Below, one piece after another: positions 48,001-60,923 of a stretch of 64,000 nt of DNA; position 1 is the stretch's first letter; every line of letters starts with the position of its first letter. A program made the translations under genes and the position numbers. The notes under the pieces are model-generated. The model worked only from the letters and a program-made list of their open reading frames with translations. It did no database searches and was not told the origin of the DNA. The DNA is from Oculina patagonica (taxonomy: Eukaryota), in contig NC_135758.1 in assembly GCF_052425735.1 (NCBI RefSeq), positions 12,710,001 to 12,774,000 on the forward strand. Reading direction: 5' to 3'.

Positions 48001-51000
48001 TGCTGTGGCAGAGAATGCTTTAATCGCTACTAAAAACAAAGGGATTCAGCCTGCTATAGATTGGTAAGAGTTTTGAATTAGTGCTTTACAAAATCTTCTT
48101 GTGAATACCTATTTCGAAAGAGTGACATTTATTTACATGTAGTACATACAGTGGGCATTACTCAGCATTTATGAAGCACACCTGGTGGCACCAGTGTGCT
48201 TCACCAAGACCCATTGCCACCCTTCAATCCCAACACACTATCCTGTCAAAGGGCCATTTCCAGTCGAAGGGCCACTGATAGAAGCAGATTGAATGCCTTG
48301 CCAAGGACAGAGGGGATTGCAGGATCTTTGTCAGTGGCCTATGCTCCAAAATGGAGTTGGCAGGCTTCAGGTCAGATCAGTATTGCTGCTTCCTCTGGAT
48401 GGGGTGTAATATTTACATCACAGGATGAACCCCTTCTAACCCCCCCCCCCCCCCCCAAAAAAAAATAAATAAATAAATAAATAAAAAACTTCATCATTTT
48501 GTCAATTCACTGGGAGTGTACCTATTTATTTTTTCTGGGTAGAGAGAAACACTTCTAATATGAGTTGCATGAGTATCCTTCTCAAGAACACAGTGCAGTG
48601 TCCATGGCCAGCCCTCAAACCTAGACCACTCAATCCACAGTGAAATGCTGTAACCATTACAGTACACAACTGCACCGGCTACCTGAGTGCCATTAACAAT
48701 CATGTTAATTTTTAGCTTTTATTTACCTTGCAAGGATAAACCAGAATCCTGATAAAGCAAGAGAGAAGTTACAACAATCGGGAACTAATGTTGCATCGGA
48801 TGTACTGCATGGCAACACACAGGGTATCAGTCAACAGTCGCTTGCTAGCAGCTCTTCACCTTCAGTAAGTCCATCATACCGACGGTGTATTACCTTACCA
48901 AATTTTGCAATTTTATTTGGACAATCAGAATCCTTGTGTACTGCCCTGATTTCCTACAACATTAAGTCTTGAACCTGATATCACCAGATTTCTGGCCAAA
49001 TTTGGGTATGGTTAATACACAATTGCACCTTTTTGGTACATTTTGGTGGTATATTGGGCCCATTGGTATTTTGGCTTGACTGCATCTCACAAAAACATGA
49101 ACCATGGCTTCACCAAATTGTCTCAGTTATGCTGCCGAAGCATACCAAAAAGGTATGATTGCAAATAAAAACCATCCCAGCCAGTAATAAGGGTTAAATT
49201 AATTGTGTAGAACAGTACGTGACAAAATTATGGATTCCAAATTGTATTAAAGTAATTGTGAATATCAGTGGTGAGGATATGAAGGGATTTCTGCATGCTG
49301 ACTGATACTGGAATAAAATGGAACAATATTAATTACATGTAATACTTTGAATGATATATTTCAAGCCTTATAGTTTCATTTTATTCAGAGTGAAGATTTT
49401 GGCAGGTATTTAAGTCCATTTATAATTAGCTGTAATGGCATTTTGATATACTAGGTTCCATGTCCTCAATGCTTTTTCTGCATTCATGTTTAAAAGAGTT
49501 GAATAGCCTAAAATTGTGTGTAAAGTGCATGTATAATATGGCTCAAAACTCAAGGTAATAGGTACTCATAACTCTGTTTGCTTCCAATCACCCAACTAAA
49601 GTATGGCTTTGTTGTGGTTTGAATTTCTCTTTGGTTTAAAATTTTTCTAACCAGGTTGATTTTTATTTTTCATTGTCTCAAAATCATTATCATAATCTTA
49701 AACAAACTAAGGAAATAAAAATCAAACTGGTTTGAAAAATTTTAAACCAAGAAAAAAATTGAGCCACAACAGCTTTATTTGTAACTTACCATCAACTGCA
49801 ACCTTTCCCTGGCTCATAATTAAGCATATTAGCTGGGTTGGTCAACATGCATTACCGAACTTACAGACTTACAATGTTACATTATACATATATACAGACT
49901 AGACAGGTTTTTGGAGAACTGTGGAACTGTGGTTTATGAATACATGTGGAAAAGTACTGATTTAAACTGATAAATCTATTACAAAAGCATTAAATATTTC
50001 ATCCTTCACAGCCTGCACCAGTACAGTCTAGATACCAAAAGACATTAGATGAAAGGCACAAGTTTCAGGAAAGACTCAGACTGGAAGCAATTGAGGAGGC
50101 AAAGTATGAAAACAGTACATGTGATGGTGTTAATTATTTATATGTCCAGGTTGCAGGCACAAACCTTAACTGTATGTCCCACTGCTCCTCTTAACCTAGT
50201 TTAGTGGTGCTTTCTGTATCGTCACGTGACTCCTGTCAGCCCTTATTTATTACTTTATTGCACTACTCTTCTTAATAACTTGTATGTGTGTGTGAGTGTT
50301 AAGGTGCCTCCATTTTCTGTAGGTTGGAAAAGCAAAGAAAGAAACTACATAAGGAAAATTTATTGAAAGATATGAAGGATGAGAAAGATGAAAAATTAGA
50401 AAAGGTATGAACCAGGCATTGAGCTTACTAGTTCTGTGTATAAACTTAATAATGACTTTAATAGATCCTGATGCATTCTTGTAAGCATAAAAAATGGACT
50501 ACGTAGTGTTACGTACATGTATTATGAGGCAAAGGTAACAGGTCTGATTTCATTTATAAACACATGGCATCCCATAATCTTTTACCAGGCAAAACAGGCA
50601 AAACTTGCAGAGGATGCAGCTGAGCCTTCAAACAAAGCCATCACTGATCAGCAGTGTGGTGATGGTGAATCACCAATGGTGGACTTGAGAATAAGAATGC
50701 CAGATGGTCAGGTACTTCATTGGTCGATAATTTGCCATTAGAAAGTTCTTTACTTTATATTTATATGTGACAAATCATCTAGTGGAGGAAAAAACGCAAA
50801 ATGCTTATGCCCTGTTAATGAAATGATAAAAAATTATTTAAACATTGTTTTGAGATATACTGCAACATACATGTATCTGTTCGCTTAGAATTCTTAAAAT
50901 TATTCAAGAACTTGTCAACAGTGTTTCAAATGTATCTGCGTTTGACTGGCTGACAATTTTTGCGTTCTTTTTCTAATCTCTGTTCTTCAGGTCTTATCTC

Positions 51001-54000
51001 TTAGTCTTTCCAGCAACTCAACAATTCAAACATTATATCAGTGAGTAACTTGCATTTTGTTTTAAAAACTAATACCAGTATTATTAGTAACTAGAAGTTC
51101 TATACAATGATCAAGTAAATCCTACAGGTTTTACTTCAATGCAAGTATGTAAATAAAATATACGATTTCTCACACAATCATTGCTGATTTTCGTCGTGGT
51201 GAAGTGCAGGACCTACCTATACTTGCTTGTGTGGACCTGTGCAAGCAAGTATAGATTTGAAGACTTTCTTCAAATCCTTGCTTGCTTGGTCATGTTAGGT
51301 TTTTGCGTCTGTCTTATTCAGGAGTTCCATTTTCTCAATTCTGTAGCCTTTATTTCATGGATCGACAGCTACTTTGACAATGCTTTGATACAATTGACCA
51401 TCAACGAGAGAATTGATCAGATGCGTAAAAAAACTGACATCAATGGTTTATTTGTTGGTTTTAGGGAAGTTAAAAATCAATTGCCTTCGAATGACAGCCA
51501 AAGCTTGGATGACTTTGTCCTCATGACATCGTTTCCGCAAAGAAGAATCTCTGACATGGAAAGCACCTTAGAAGCAGCAGGTAAATTCATAGAGTACAGG
51601 GCGCGTGGCAAAAATAGGAACCCTTTTTGCCTCGCTCCCTCCTCCGGGGGAGGGTGTAAGTAGATGATTTGCTATGTGCTTGTTAAATGTGTGATTTTGT
51701 CACCCATGTAGGTTTGGCCCCACGTGCAGCACTTGTGGTACAGAGGACAGATCAGCAGGGTGTGCTAACCCAGGGGGAGGGGCCAGGTAAAATTTGTCTC
51801 TTTTTTATGTTACAGTCAAAGCCTGTAGGGTAGCAGAGTTGTAGTTTTTTTTTTAAGCTGATCGTGCGCTTAGCAAACAAAACACACAGGCGCTTCGTTC
51901 TCACTTCGAGCTCGGTGGAGAACCGCACATGTTCCGTCAGCCGTAGCTTTAAAGCTCGGACGCACAAATCTACATTGAGCGCAATGAATTTCCACCCAAA
52001 GTATCAGTCATTTTCCGACTTCGAATTCGGTCAATCCGATGTCACATCCCAATACACCAATTTTTTTTTCGACTTTTCTCCCCTGGAAGCAAAAATTGGA
52101 AAAGTTCCGATTTATCTTTTCAGCTGCTATATCCAGCTACCATCACCAACTTTGGTACGTGTTCGTAAACATCAGCCAACTTGCTTGCCGCTTCAACAAT
52201 GATACGCGAAGTACTGCAGTGTGTGATTCCGTCAGCTAAGATCGTTGCCTGCAAATTTGCGTTGTGTGTCCCGGTAACACGGTATGAAATGGATTCTATC
52301 TCGCTATATCCGGTAATTCTGTTCCCTTCAAACTGGTTTAAAATGGAATGAAACCTCAAAATAATAACTAAAAAGAGATTCTAAGAAGACAAAATGTCAT
52401 GGAGTGCAGATGATCCAAACTGGATTAAAAGGAGAGGTATCAAACTGAACTTTACTATTGTGGTAATCGAGAGACGTTTAGGCTTGTAAATAGGTCTGCT
52501 AGGAAGTCATTTTTGTCCGTTTCTCATCTGAGAGGCCCAGATTTCTCCGGTAAATTTAAAGTTTTTGATTCGATTTTAAGATTATATTGCAGACTGCAAA
52601 AGATAACTCGACCAATCATTTATTTATACGTGATAAAACATCTACAGATACAAATAGTTTGACTTGCAAAAGTGTCTATCCACCAGCATTATAGATGTTT
52701 CTCGGACTGCATAACTGTCACTCGACGCTTCAGTTTTTTTTTTCTGGTGTGAAATTTAACTCCACTGTTTTTGGTTGTTCGCTAATTTTATCTTGACTGG
52801 GACCTAAGAATAACCCGAAAGAACAAAACACAGATTGGCGAGCAGCCCGTAATTGCGCTATTCTGAAGTGGTTTCCATTATGTGCGTCTCACAACGTTTC
52901 CATACAGCAACCACTTGAAAGTTCCGAAGGTATTGGTACCGGCCCTCTAGTAACTCCCGAAGATAGCGAACCCCTCGCCAAACGAAAACAACGACCTCTT
53001 ACGGTAAAAATCCCCTTATGAATGCCCCTGTAGGAGTATAAAAAGCAGTAATTTGAACAGGGCCGGTCTCAGTGCACAACATTTGAACAAAAATTATTAT
53101 TTGTTTGAGTGTGAAAAATTGTTTTTTGTCACAAATAAAAAAAATACAGTTAGATTTAGTAGAAAAAAACGCTAAAAGAGAAGTCGCCCGAACTTTGACG
53201 TCATAAGTCGTCATACCTTTGTAACAGTCAAGTTCTGTCTGCATGTAGTAAGTTTGTCCGCAAGATCTGCTACAGACTCTAATTGATGTTAGGATCTCCC
53301 TGCTTGAATGTAAATTTTAAATGTAAAATTACCTCGCTTGTTATTTCCGCCGTTGTCCTCGTTCAGTCTGTGTAAACAAAAAATTTTATTCTATATAGGT
53401 TATACTTTTAATTTTTATTGGTTAAATATTGTCGCTGAAAAAACGTTTGTTAACTTTATAGCGGCTTAATTATCGGGGGTTGTGGTTTTATTTCAGTATA
53501 TAGCGTAAGAAATGTCACGAAAATGGACAATTGGCAGGAATTATTGAGTGAGCAAGACAAACTTATTGTTGTTCAGTTTTACGCTCCTTGGTGAGTTCAA
53601 ATAATTTGCTTTAGTCTATGTTATTACTGTTCTTTGCATTCCTTATTAACAAACACTGAAAAAGCCTTTGATGGATGTTTTCCAACTACAAAACGTTACA
53701 AATTTCTAGAATCTGCTTTTTTGTTGCTGTTGTTGTTTTTAATTTTCGTTACGACTGCTCAGTAAACTTCGTCGTTTTCAGGTGTTCGTTGTGCCGGTCC
53801 GTGTCAGACTCATACGATTCCCTGAATGCCAGTTATGGAATGAACGGGCAAGTTTTGTTTGCACGTGTGAATGTCGACGAGTTGAAGGTTGGTGACGCTC
53901 TCAAATATTTTTTTTCCTCGAACAGTGATGTTGCTTTATCAGTTTGTGTAAAGAGCTTTATTGTGCGTTTACTAGCGATAACACCAACGCCACGAAGCCC

Positions 54001-57000
54001 ATGAGTCGGTCCACACTCCCACTCATTGGAAGCGATGAAGGACTCCGTGCTGACCTATGGGACGGCATTATTGAAAACGTTTCAAAAACGCCTGTTTGCA
54101 GGTTGTAAATCGTTTGTAACTGTCTGTCTTTGTCTTCTGTTTTCCCTCTGTTTAACAATTCTTTGCCTTTTCTTTTAGTTAACAATTAGACTACGCGCCC
54201 AAGTTTTCTAAGAGTGAATAGCCGACGAGGTACGGTCGAGTTCACTTTCGCTCATAGAAAGCGAGGGCGTGTAGTATAATTGCTGTAGTTGAGTCTCCAA
54301 AGGAATACAGTCCAAAACCTACAAAAATCGTGATTAATTTTCCCTTAGCATTTAGAAGTTTATTAGAGTTTGCTTGCCTTGTGATAACTTTATAGGTTGC
54401 TTTTACTTTAAAGCAAGGGCTTGGGGGTGGTGCTCGTTTTGTTAATTGAATCCCTGTGATTAACGTCTTTCAATTTGGTGAACTGGGTTGTAGCGTTTAA
54501 GCTCGGAGAAAATTAAGTCATGTCTATCCTTACTTCCTTCCCTAACCTTCTATTTATTAACATGCTATTTTATTTAAAAGGTGTTAAAGTACCAACAAAG
54601 AGTCACTTCACTGCCCACATTTAAACTCTTTTGGAATGAAAAGGTATTCGATATTTGTTAGTTATGATCTCTCTATATTAAAACGAACTTGTTAAATTTG
54701 CGAATTGCACATTCCCGATCGATATGGAAAGGCACTGAGCTCCCACTTTTATGTCAATAGCCACCCTGGGAAATTATTACATGTGAGTGGCCGTTAATGC
54801 GAAGTAGCCGTTGGTGTCCATTGTACTTATGTAGAGAGGTGGTCGTTGGGACGTTTCAGTAGAGTATGTCTATGGATTTGCGCGGTCGTTTAGTCGACCA
54901 CACGATCGAATGTCTTCTGTATAGTTTTTGTAGTTCTGGTTTATGTATGGGTTTTGTATGGTTTGTGTATGGATTTTATATGATTTGTGTATGGTTTGTG
55001 TATGGATTTTATATGGTTTGTGTATGGTTTTTATATGGATTTTATATGGTTTATGTATGTTTTTTATATGGGTTTTGTATGGTTTGTGTATGGATTTTAT
55101 ATGGTTTGTGTATGGATTTTATATGGTTTATGTATGGTTTTTATATGGATTTTGTATGGTTTGTGTATGGATTTTATATGGTTTGTGTGTGGTTTTTATA
55201 TGGGTTTTGTATGGTTTATGTATGGTTTTTATATGGGTTTTCTGTATGGATTTTATATGGTTTCCCTCGCGGCTTGCTCCAAATTCCTCGCGACTCCGCG
55301 GTTCCCTCTCTTTGCCGTTCGCCGGCCCGTCTCAAAGCAAGCACTCGCACTCGAATCCCGCCAGCTACGCAGGCTAGGTTTATGTATGGTTTTTATATGG
55401 GTTTTGTATGGATTTTGTATGGTTTGTGTATGGATTTTATATGATTTGTGTATGGTTTGTGTATGGATTTTATATGGTTTGTGTATGGTTTTTATATGGA
55501 TTTTATATGGTTTATGTATGTTTTTTATATGGGTTTTGTATGGTTTGTGTATGGATTTTATATGGTTTGTGTATGGATTTTATATGGTTTATGTATGGTT
55601 TTTATATGGATTTTGTATGGTTTGTGTATGGATTTTATATGGTTTGTGTGTGGTTTTTATATGGGTTTTGTATGGTTTATGTATGGTTTTTATATGGGTT
55701 TTCTGTATGGATTTTATATGGATTTTATATGGTTTGTGTATGGTTTTTATATGGTTTATGTATAGTTTTTATATGGGTTTTGTATGGTTTTTATATGGGT
55801 TTTGTATGGTTTGTGTATGGATTTTATTTAACAAAATAATTAATAAAGAAGCCTAAGCCATGTTTTATACTGTCATAAAACACGACGGGCAATTGAGAAC
55901 ACGAGGGAAATGTAGAAAACATGAGCCGCAGGCGAATGTTTTCTACATTTCTCGAGTGTTCTTCAAATGCCCGGAGTGTTTTATGACAGAATAAAACATG
56001 GCTTAGGCTTCTTTATTTGCTTTATGATATAGATTTTAGACACCGCGAGTGAAAAGTTTAATTAAAAATATGTACAACAAGAGCGAGTAAACGAAGACGA
56101 AAAGCAGAAAATAATTTACGGGAAGACCACAAAACTGACACAATTTCATTCAGTGTTCGACGTAAAATAAGGCTAAGCATTTCAGATAAGTTTGTTACCT
56201 TTCAATCTCGATCTTGTCTTTTTGAACTTCAATAAACTTCACCGACTCTGAGTGCAATTTCGTCTCAGCATAATTTAGTAGTCTCGATGACATCCGTCCC
56301 TTGCTTCGTTCGACTTAAAAACGCGTATAATTTCCAGAAAAGCTATTGCTTCGGATCTTCCCGTAAACCTTAATTGCTGTCACAATCAAGTTCCAGTATG
56401 AAAAGACGATTTAAGACGAGATTGTCGAAGAAAATCTTCGAAAGAAAACTCTCTCGCTCGCTTTCCTCAGCTTTCCTTGCGAGTTTCATTCAACTCAAGC
56501 GGTGAACACCGCGCCACAATTTTTCCCGCCTCACTTCGTTTACATCAAAATGAAATGTCCAGTGGATTTATACTTAAAAAAGGAATTTAAAAAAACAATT
56601 ATTCCATTCGCCCTTGCTGGATACGAGTGGTTATAGCCAACGAAAAGTCAAAGACGCGCGAAGCACTCGAGGAAAGCTGACGAAAAACAATAAAACATGA
56701 TTTTTCTATGTTTTATACTCTGATAAAACATAGGTTTTTAGCCAATCAGAGCGCGCGTAGACTCCTATCTATATTATAAATGGATTAAATATGGTTTGTG
56801 TATGGATTTTATATGGATTTTGTATGGTTTGTGTATGGATTTTATATGGATTTTATATGGTTTGTGTATGGATTTTATATGGATTTTATATGGTTTCTGT
56901 ATGGTTTTTATATGGTTTATGTATAGTTTTTATATGGGTTTTGTATGGTTTTTATATGGGTTTTGTATGGTTTGTGTATGGATTTTATATGGATTTAATA

Positions 57001-58039
57001 TGGTTTGTGTATGGATTTTATATGGATTTTGTATGGTTTGTGTATGGATTTTATATGGATTTTATATGGTTTGTGTATGGATTTTATATGGATTTTATAT
57101 GGTTTGTGTATGGTTTTTATATGGTTTATGTATAGTTTTTATATGGGTTTTGTATGGTTTTTATATGGGTTTTGTATGGTTTGTGTATGGATTTTATATG
57201 GATTTAATATGGTTTGTGTATGGTTTTTATATGGGTTTTGTATGGTTTTTATATGGATTTTGTATGGTTTGTGTATGGATTTTATATGGTTTGTGTGTGG
57301 TTTTTATATGGGTTTTGTATGGTTTATGTATGGTTTTTATATGGGTTTTGTATGGTTTTTATATGGATTTTGTATGGTTTGTGTATGGATTTTATATGGA
57401 TTTTATATGGTTTGTGTATGGATTTTATATGGTTAATGTATATGGGTTTTGTATGGTTTGTCAAGTTTGTGAATGGTTGTTATATGGGTTTTGTACGGTT
57501 TGGTATGGTTTTGATATGGGTTTTGTATGGTTTGTGTATGGTTTTTATATGGGTTTTGTATGGTTTGTATATGTGGTTTTGTATGGTTTGTGTATGGTTT
57601 TTATATGGGTTTTGTATGGTTTGTATATGTGGTTTTGTATGGTTTGTGCATGGTTTTTATATGGTTTTTGTATGGCTTTTGTATAGTTTTCGTATGTTTC
57701 TGTATGAGTTTTGTATGTTTTTGTGTGGGTTTTGACAGTATGGGTTTTGTGAAGGGTTTTGTATCGTTTTTGTATGGTATTTTCTCATCATAGCCTAAAT
57801 CGCTTGGAGTAGTTGTACATCTGCCTTAAAAATTGCAACAACGAATTTTATCTATGGTGACAATATCAATTTTAAATTGAAGTGTTATCGCTCTTTTGTG
57901 TTACTAGGTGATAGCTGACGTAGAAGGAACTGACATGGAGGGTTTGAAGCAACAAATTGAGGCGAACGTAAATGGACCAACAGACGTGGACCAGCCGGAT
58001 GAGTCGTCAATGGATGAAATGTTCCATGACCCGAGATAA
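36100..58039 (+). CDS. PUB-UBA-coiled coil-UBX-thioredoxin domain protein (putative p97/VCP cofactor), ~527 aa, 17 exons
   Basis: Phase-consistent exons: 36100-36114, 36208-36328 (PUB: VYVNNIVKDPANPKYRKIRI), 46471-46547 (SNPKF..FLLFSGF), 46749-46917, 47450-47515 and 47991-48063 (UBA: MKEMGY..AENALIATKNKGIQPAIDW), 48735-48864, 50012-50103, 50323-50404 (charged coil), 50589-50711, 50991-51040, 51465-51580, 51712-51786 (UBX: LRIRMPDG..TSFPQR..TLEAAGLAPRAALVV), 53497-53590, 53782-53887 (Trx: VVQFYAPWCSLC..FARVNVDE), 54581-54643 (SLPTFKLF), 57908-58039 (stop). Total 1584 nt, open throughout. Confidence 0.88.
36837..38238. mobile_element. Non-autonomous TIR element (Mutator-like, ~10-bp TSD) with repetitive subterminal arrays
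   Basis: Ends (T)GGTCAGTGTAAAACAT / ATGTTTTAAACTGACCG, mirrored TATAAAA..CGGACT subterminal repeats, target GTCATGCAAA duplicated. Confidence 0.7.
38248..38338. mobile_element. Palindromic MITE with 9-bp TSD
   Basis: CAACCTCGTTCCCAGGGTCTCTCTCTCACCGCCCCCAAGAGC ... GCTCTTGGGGGCGGTGAGAGAGAGACCCTGGGAACGAGGTTG forms a near-perfect hairpin; GTCATGCAA on both sides. Confidence 0.88.
38902..45834 (+). pseudogene. BEL/Pao gag-pol polyprotein, disrupted
   Basis: In-frame TAG at 39646-39648 (same frame continues), HINE insertion at 43068-44115, frameshift near 44692, and apparent small internal deletions. Confidence 0.9.
43068..44115 (-). mobile_element. Helentron-associated non-autonomous element (HINE/DINE-1-like) inserted in BEL pol
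   Basis: Subterminal inverted repeats TAACCGGGCGG (43088-43098) / CCGCCCGGTTA (44104-44114), a nearby partial inverted copy (AACCGGGC, ~44089), and a short ACTTcAAGT hairpin at the other end. No TSD; removal restores YIKN|ETRRFNTYVANRIAEI. Confidence 0.72.
49610..49770. mobile_element. AT-rich fold-back MITE
   Basis: GTTGTGGTTTGAATTT..TTGGTTTAAAATTTTTC mirrored by GAAAAATTTTAAACCAAG..TTGAGCCACAAC. Confidence 0.6.
54938..57779 (+). repeat. 11-bp-unit minisatellite (TATGGTTTGTG / TATGGATTTTA / TATGGGTTTTG variants) in intron 16 of the PUB-UBX-Trx gene, interrupted at ~55264-55376 and ~55827-56789
   Basis: Well over a hundred degenerate 11-mers; the source of the low-complexity MVCVWILYG ORFs. 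Confidence 0.95.
55827..56789. mobile_element. Interspersed repeat inserted into the minisatellite, with a ~175-bp hairpin at 55842-56017
   Basis: AATAAAGAAGCCTAAGCCATGTTTTAT ... ATAAAACATGGCTTAGGCTTCTTTATT inverted arms; non-satellite sequence. Confidence 0.6.
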
Positions 58040-60627
58040 TTTGGACCTGTTCTTGAAGCAATCAAGGACCGTATTACTACCCGAGAACTGAGTGAGCTTT
58101 GGGCATGTTAACATAGCTCGGTTATGCGCGAGGCACTTTTCTCCGTGTTAAGACGCCGAGGTTGGTATTTGCTTCGAGCCTTATACCGTGGAGAGTAGGA
58201 CAATGCGTCCCTTGTCGTTTAAGAAGTAACTCCTTAGTGGAAGAAGAAATTGAACAGTAGAAAACAGAGAACAATGTTAAATTAATCAAAACATTGATTA
58301 CTACACATAGTGTTGTAAAAAAAAGCAGGCTACCTGACTGCAACATTTAGGGAAACGAGGCATTTGTTTTCCCGTCGGCACATTAGGCCAGGCCATTCCC
58401 AAGATACCTTTGGCTGCTGTTTTAAATCGAGTCCTTCTCTAAAACCTTTTAAATGAGCTTAAGTAGATACAAATAAACTCTTTTAAAATAGGGAAAGGCA
58501 ACTCGGCCGGAATAGTGTATTATTCGTAACCCATATAATGGCCGAGAGTTTTCGCTTAATTTTTAATCGATAAACGGTCCAAATGCACGAACTTTCTTTA
58601 TACTAGATATATTAATACAGCGTAACCTAGATCGTACATAAGAATAAACCATTCTAAACGCTTTCTGACTAAAATGTTTTACAAACACGGAGCTTAGATT
58701 GCTTGTCATTCATTCATTTTTTACCCTTTGAATATTGCAGGCTAACAATCTAAAATTCAGTGTATTAAAACTTTTAGTCAGAGAACGTTTTCGTATATTT
58801 TTCGCCATGTTGCTTGATTTTGGCCGTAGTGTTGATGCTAGACTTTTTTTCGCATTTTTTGCCTTGTCATTTTTAAAACATAAATTTTAAGTTATATTAA
58901 TCAAAATGTGTTCTTGTTATTAAAAGCAGATCAACATAACTTGTTGTCATTAATTTGCATATTTAACGGCGCCCATGTTGCTGTAAAAACAATCGCTTTC
59001 AATTCTTTCTTGCAACATTTTTTTTTGTTTCTGTACACCAATATGGCCGTCGTGGAAAACACCAATACAAAGTGAAGAAAATAACAGATTTTTTTCATAA
59101 CTTTTCATTAATTTGGCTACAATTTTATCCTCGCAACGCAATTTCCCAATAAGAGACTTAATTTTGCGTTTTGGCTTTTCCCTAAACAAACACTGTTTTT
59201 CGCACCATTTGCAGACTTTTGTTGAATCGGCCTATAAAAGACTATACCAGCCTGTCTTGTCCTCTTGGTTGCAGCGGGATGCGTGTGGCGTTATGGGTCT
59301 GTTGCACTCCGCGTTTCGCCGCCTAACCATAAAACCCTGCTTCCTGTTTCCCGCCTTTAACCGACGACACCTGACGTCGCCTGGGGACGAGGCGGTTTCT
59401 GGCAACCGAAAGCACACTTGGGTGTTGTCCTGGTTTAAGAACTAACACTTAGGATTGTCCAACTCTAGGCTAATGTCAAAGGAGCTCATCTCAAGGATCT
59501 GAGAATACGCAAATTGATCTTTATAGTAGCTGTTTCGTCATCATAGCAAGCCAGATGCCCATTGACCTGAAATCTTTAGTCCACGTGTTAACATATACAG
59601 TAGACCTCCGCCTAGTGCCACCTCACTTATACGGTCATCTCGTAATTACGGCCTTTTCTTTATTCCGGCGAAAACGTCCATACATTTTGTTATAACAACC
59701 GCCCAATTTCGTCACCCTGTTTATGCCGCCAGCGGCCGCATTGTGATCCCAACGTGTATGTTCTTTTATAAAGTACCCCGTTCATAAAGCCACTTTAACC
59801 AAATGTGCAGTCCAAAGGAAAGACAAGTGACAAAAAAGGGCCAAGTAAAAGAATAAATAAATATAAAAAATTCTCTCTTCACAATAATAAACCAAGTACA
59901 ACTGGTTTGTTCGCCAAAGGACAAAATTTATTCATTGCTTCACTTAAAAGAGCTTAGACATGAAATCTGATTGACCTTCCAAATGTTAATACGGCCACCA
60001 ACGTTGGCCGTATTAAGTACGAAGTTTTGCTGTAGGTCTTTGTTGGTCGTGCTCATTGATGAACATATGAATCAAGAGCCATGTAACCCGTCTATGCCAA
60101 TGCTGCTTATTCACTTCATGTGCTGAGATTCTACATACTTTATGAAGTGTCCACCAGGTTATGGCACTTCTTTCCTTCAAATGGATCATTTACTGGTCAT
60201 GACACTGCTTTTTGCTAACTCTATCTGGTGGCACTTTTTGAAGTGTCGTCCAGGTACTGGTACTGATTTCTCGTTTTTAGATGGGTCAAACGCTGCTATC
60301 GGCTTACCCTCGTATCATTCTATGGAGTATCTTCCAGGTTATGGCTTTTCCTGCCCTCAAAGGTAGCCACAGGTTCTTGACCCTGCCTCTTGCCCCGGTC
60401 GTTGGTGATTCCATCTGCTGAGCCTTTTGACGTGTCTTTCAGGAGTTGGCATTCCTTACCTTCAGGTTGGGTCGTCTAGATGGGTTAGTTACTATTCCAG
60501 GGGCCTTCTTCTTGGCGATGACATCTGCTCGGTGAACCTCGTGACATAAGAGTGTCTTTCAGGTTATGGCATTTCTCACCTTTAAATTGGTCAAACTCTG
60601 TGATAAATGTCTCTTACAAACAACCCA

Positions 60628-60628
60628 C

Positions 60629-60661
<33 letters not shown>

Positions 60662-60923
60662 AATGTGGATGATGATGACTTTGCTGTGGCATTTCCACAG
60701 AGTGTTCTTCGTTCACTGTTACCTGATTGAATTGGAATTTAGAAGTGTTGTTTTTTGTAGGGAGGGGGGGGGGGGTTGAAAACGGAAAACCCGGAGAAAA
60801 ACTCTCGGAGTAAGGACGAAAACCAACAACCAACTCATTCCACAAATGACACCGGCTCCGGGAGTCGAACCTAGGTCACATTGGTGGGAGGCAAGCGCTC
60901 TCACCACTGCGCCACCCCTTGCT
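60628..60923 (-). mobile_element. tRNA-derived SINE with (CAT)n tail
   Basis: Minus-strand A box GGCGCAGTGG and B box GGTTCGACTCC; body shared with a degraded copy at ~24055-24160; ends in an (ATG)n microsatellite at 60628-60678. Confidence 0.75.

Noticed and set aside
54938-57779. CRISPR-like array
   Set aside because: Contiguous degenerate 11-mers with no unique spacers, no cas genes, and a eukaryotic context.
54866-57793. Long hydrophobic ORFs (up to 296 aa) resembling membrane proteins
   Set aside because: They are translations of the 11-bp minisatellite, open in several frames at once and lying inside an intron.
58122-58346. Duplicated 74-aa minus-strand ORF (also 63712-63936)
   Set aside because: Antisense to a 3' UTR with no homology signal; its recurrence is explained by the segmental duplication.
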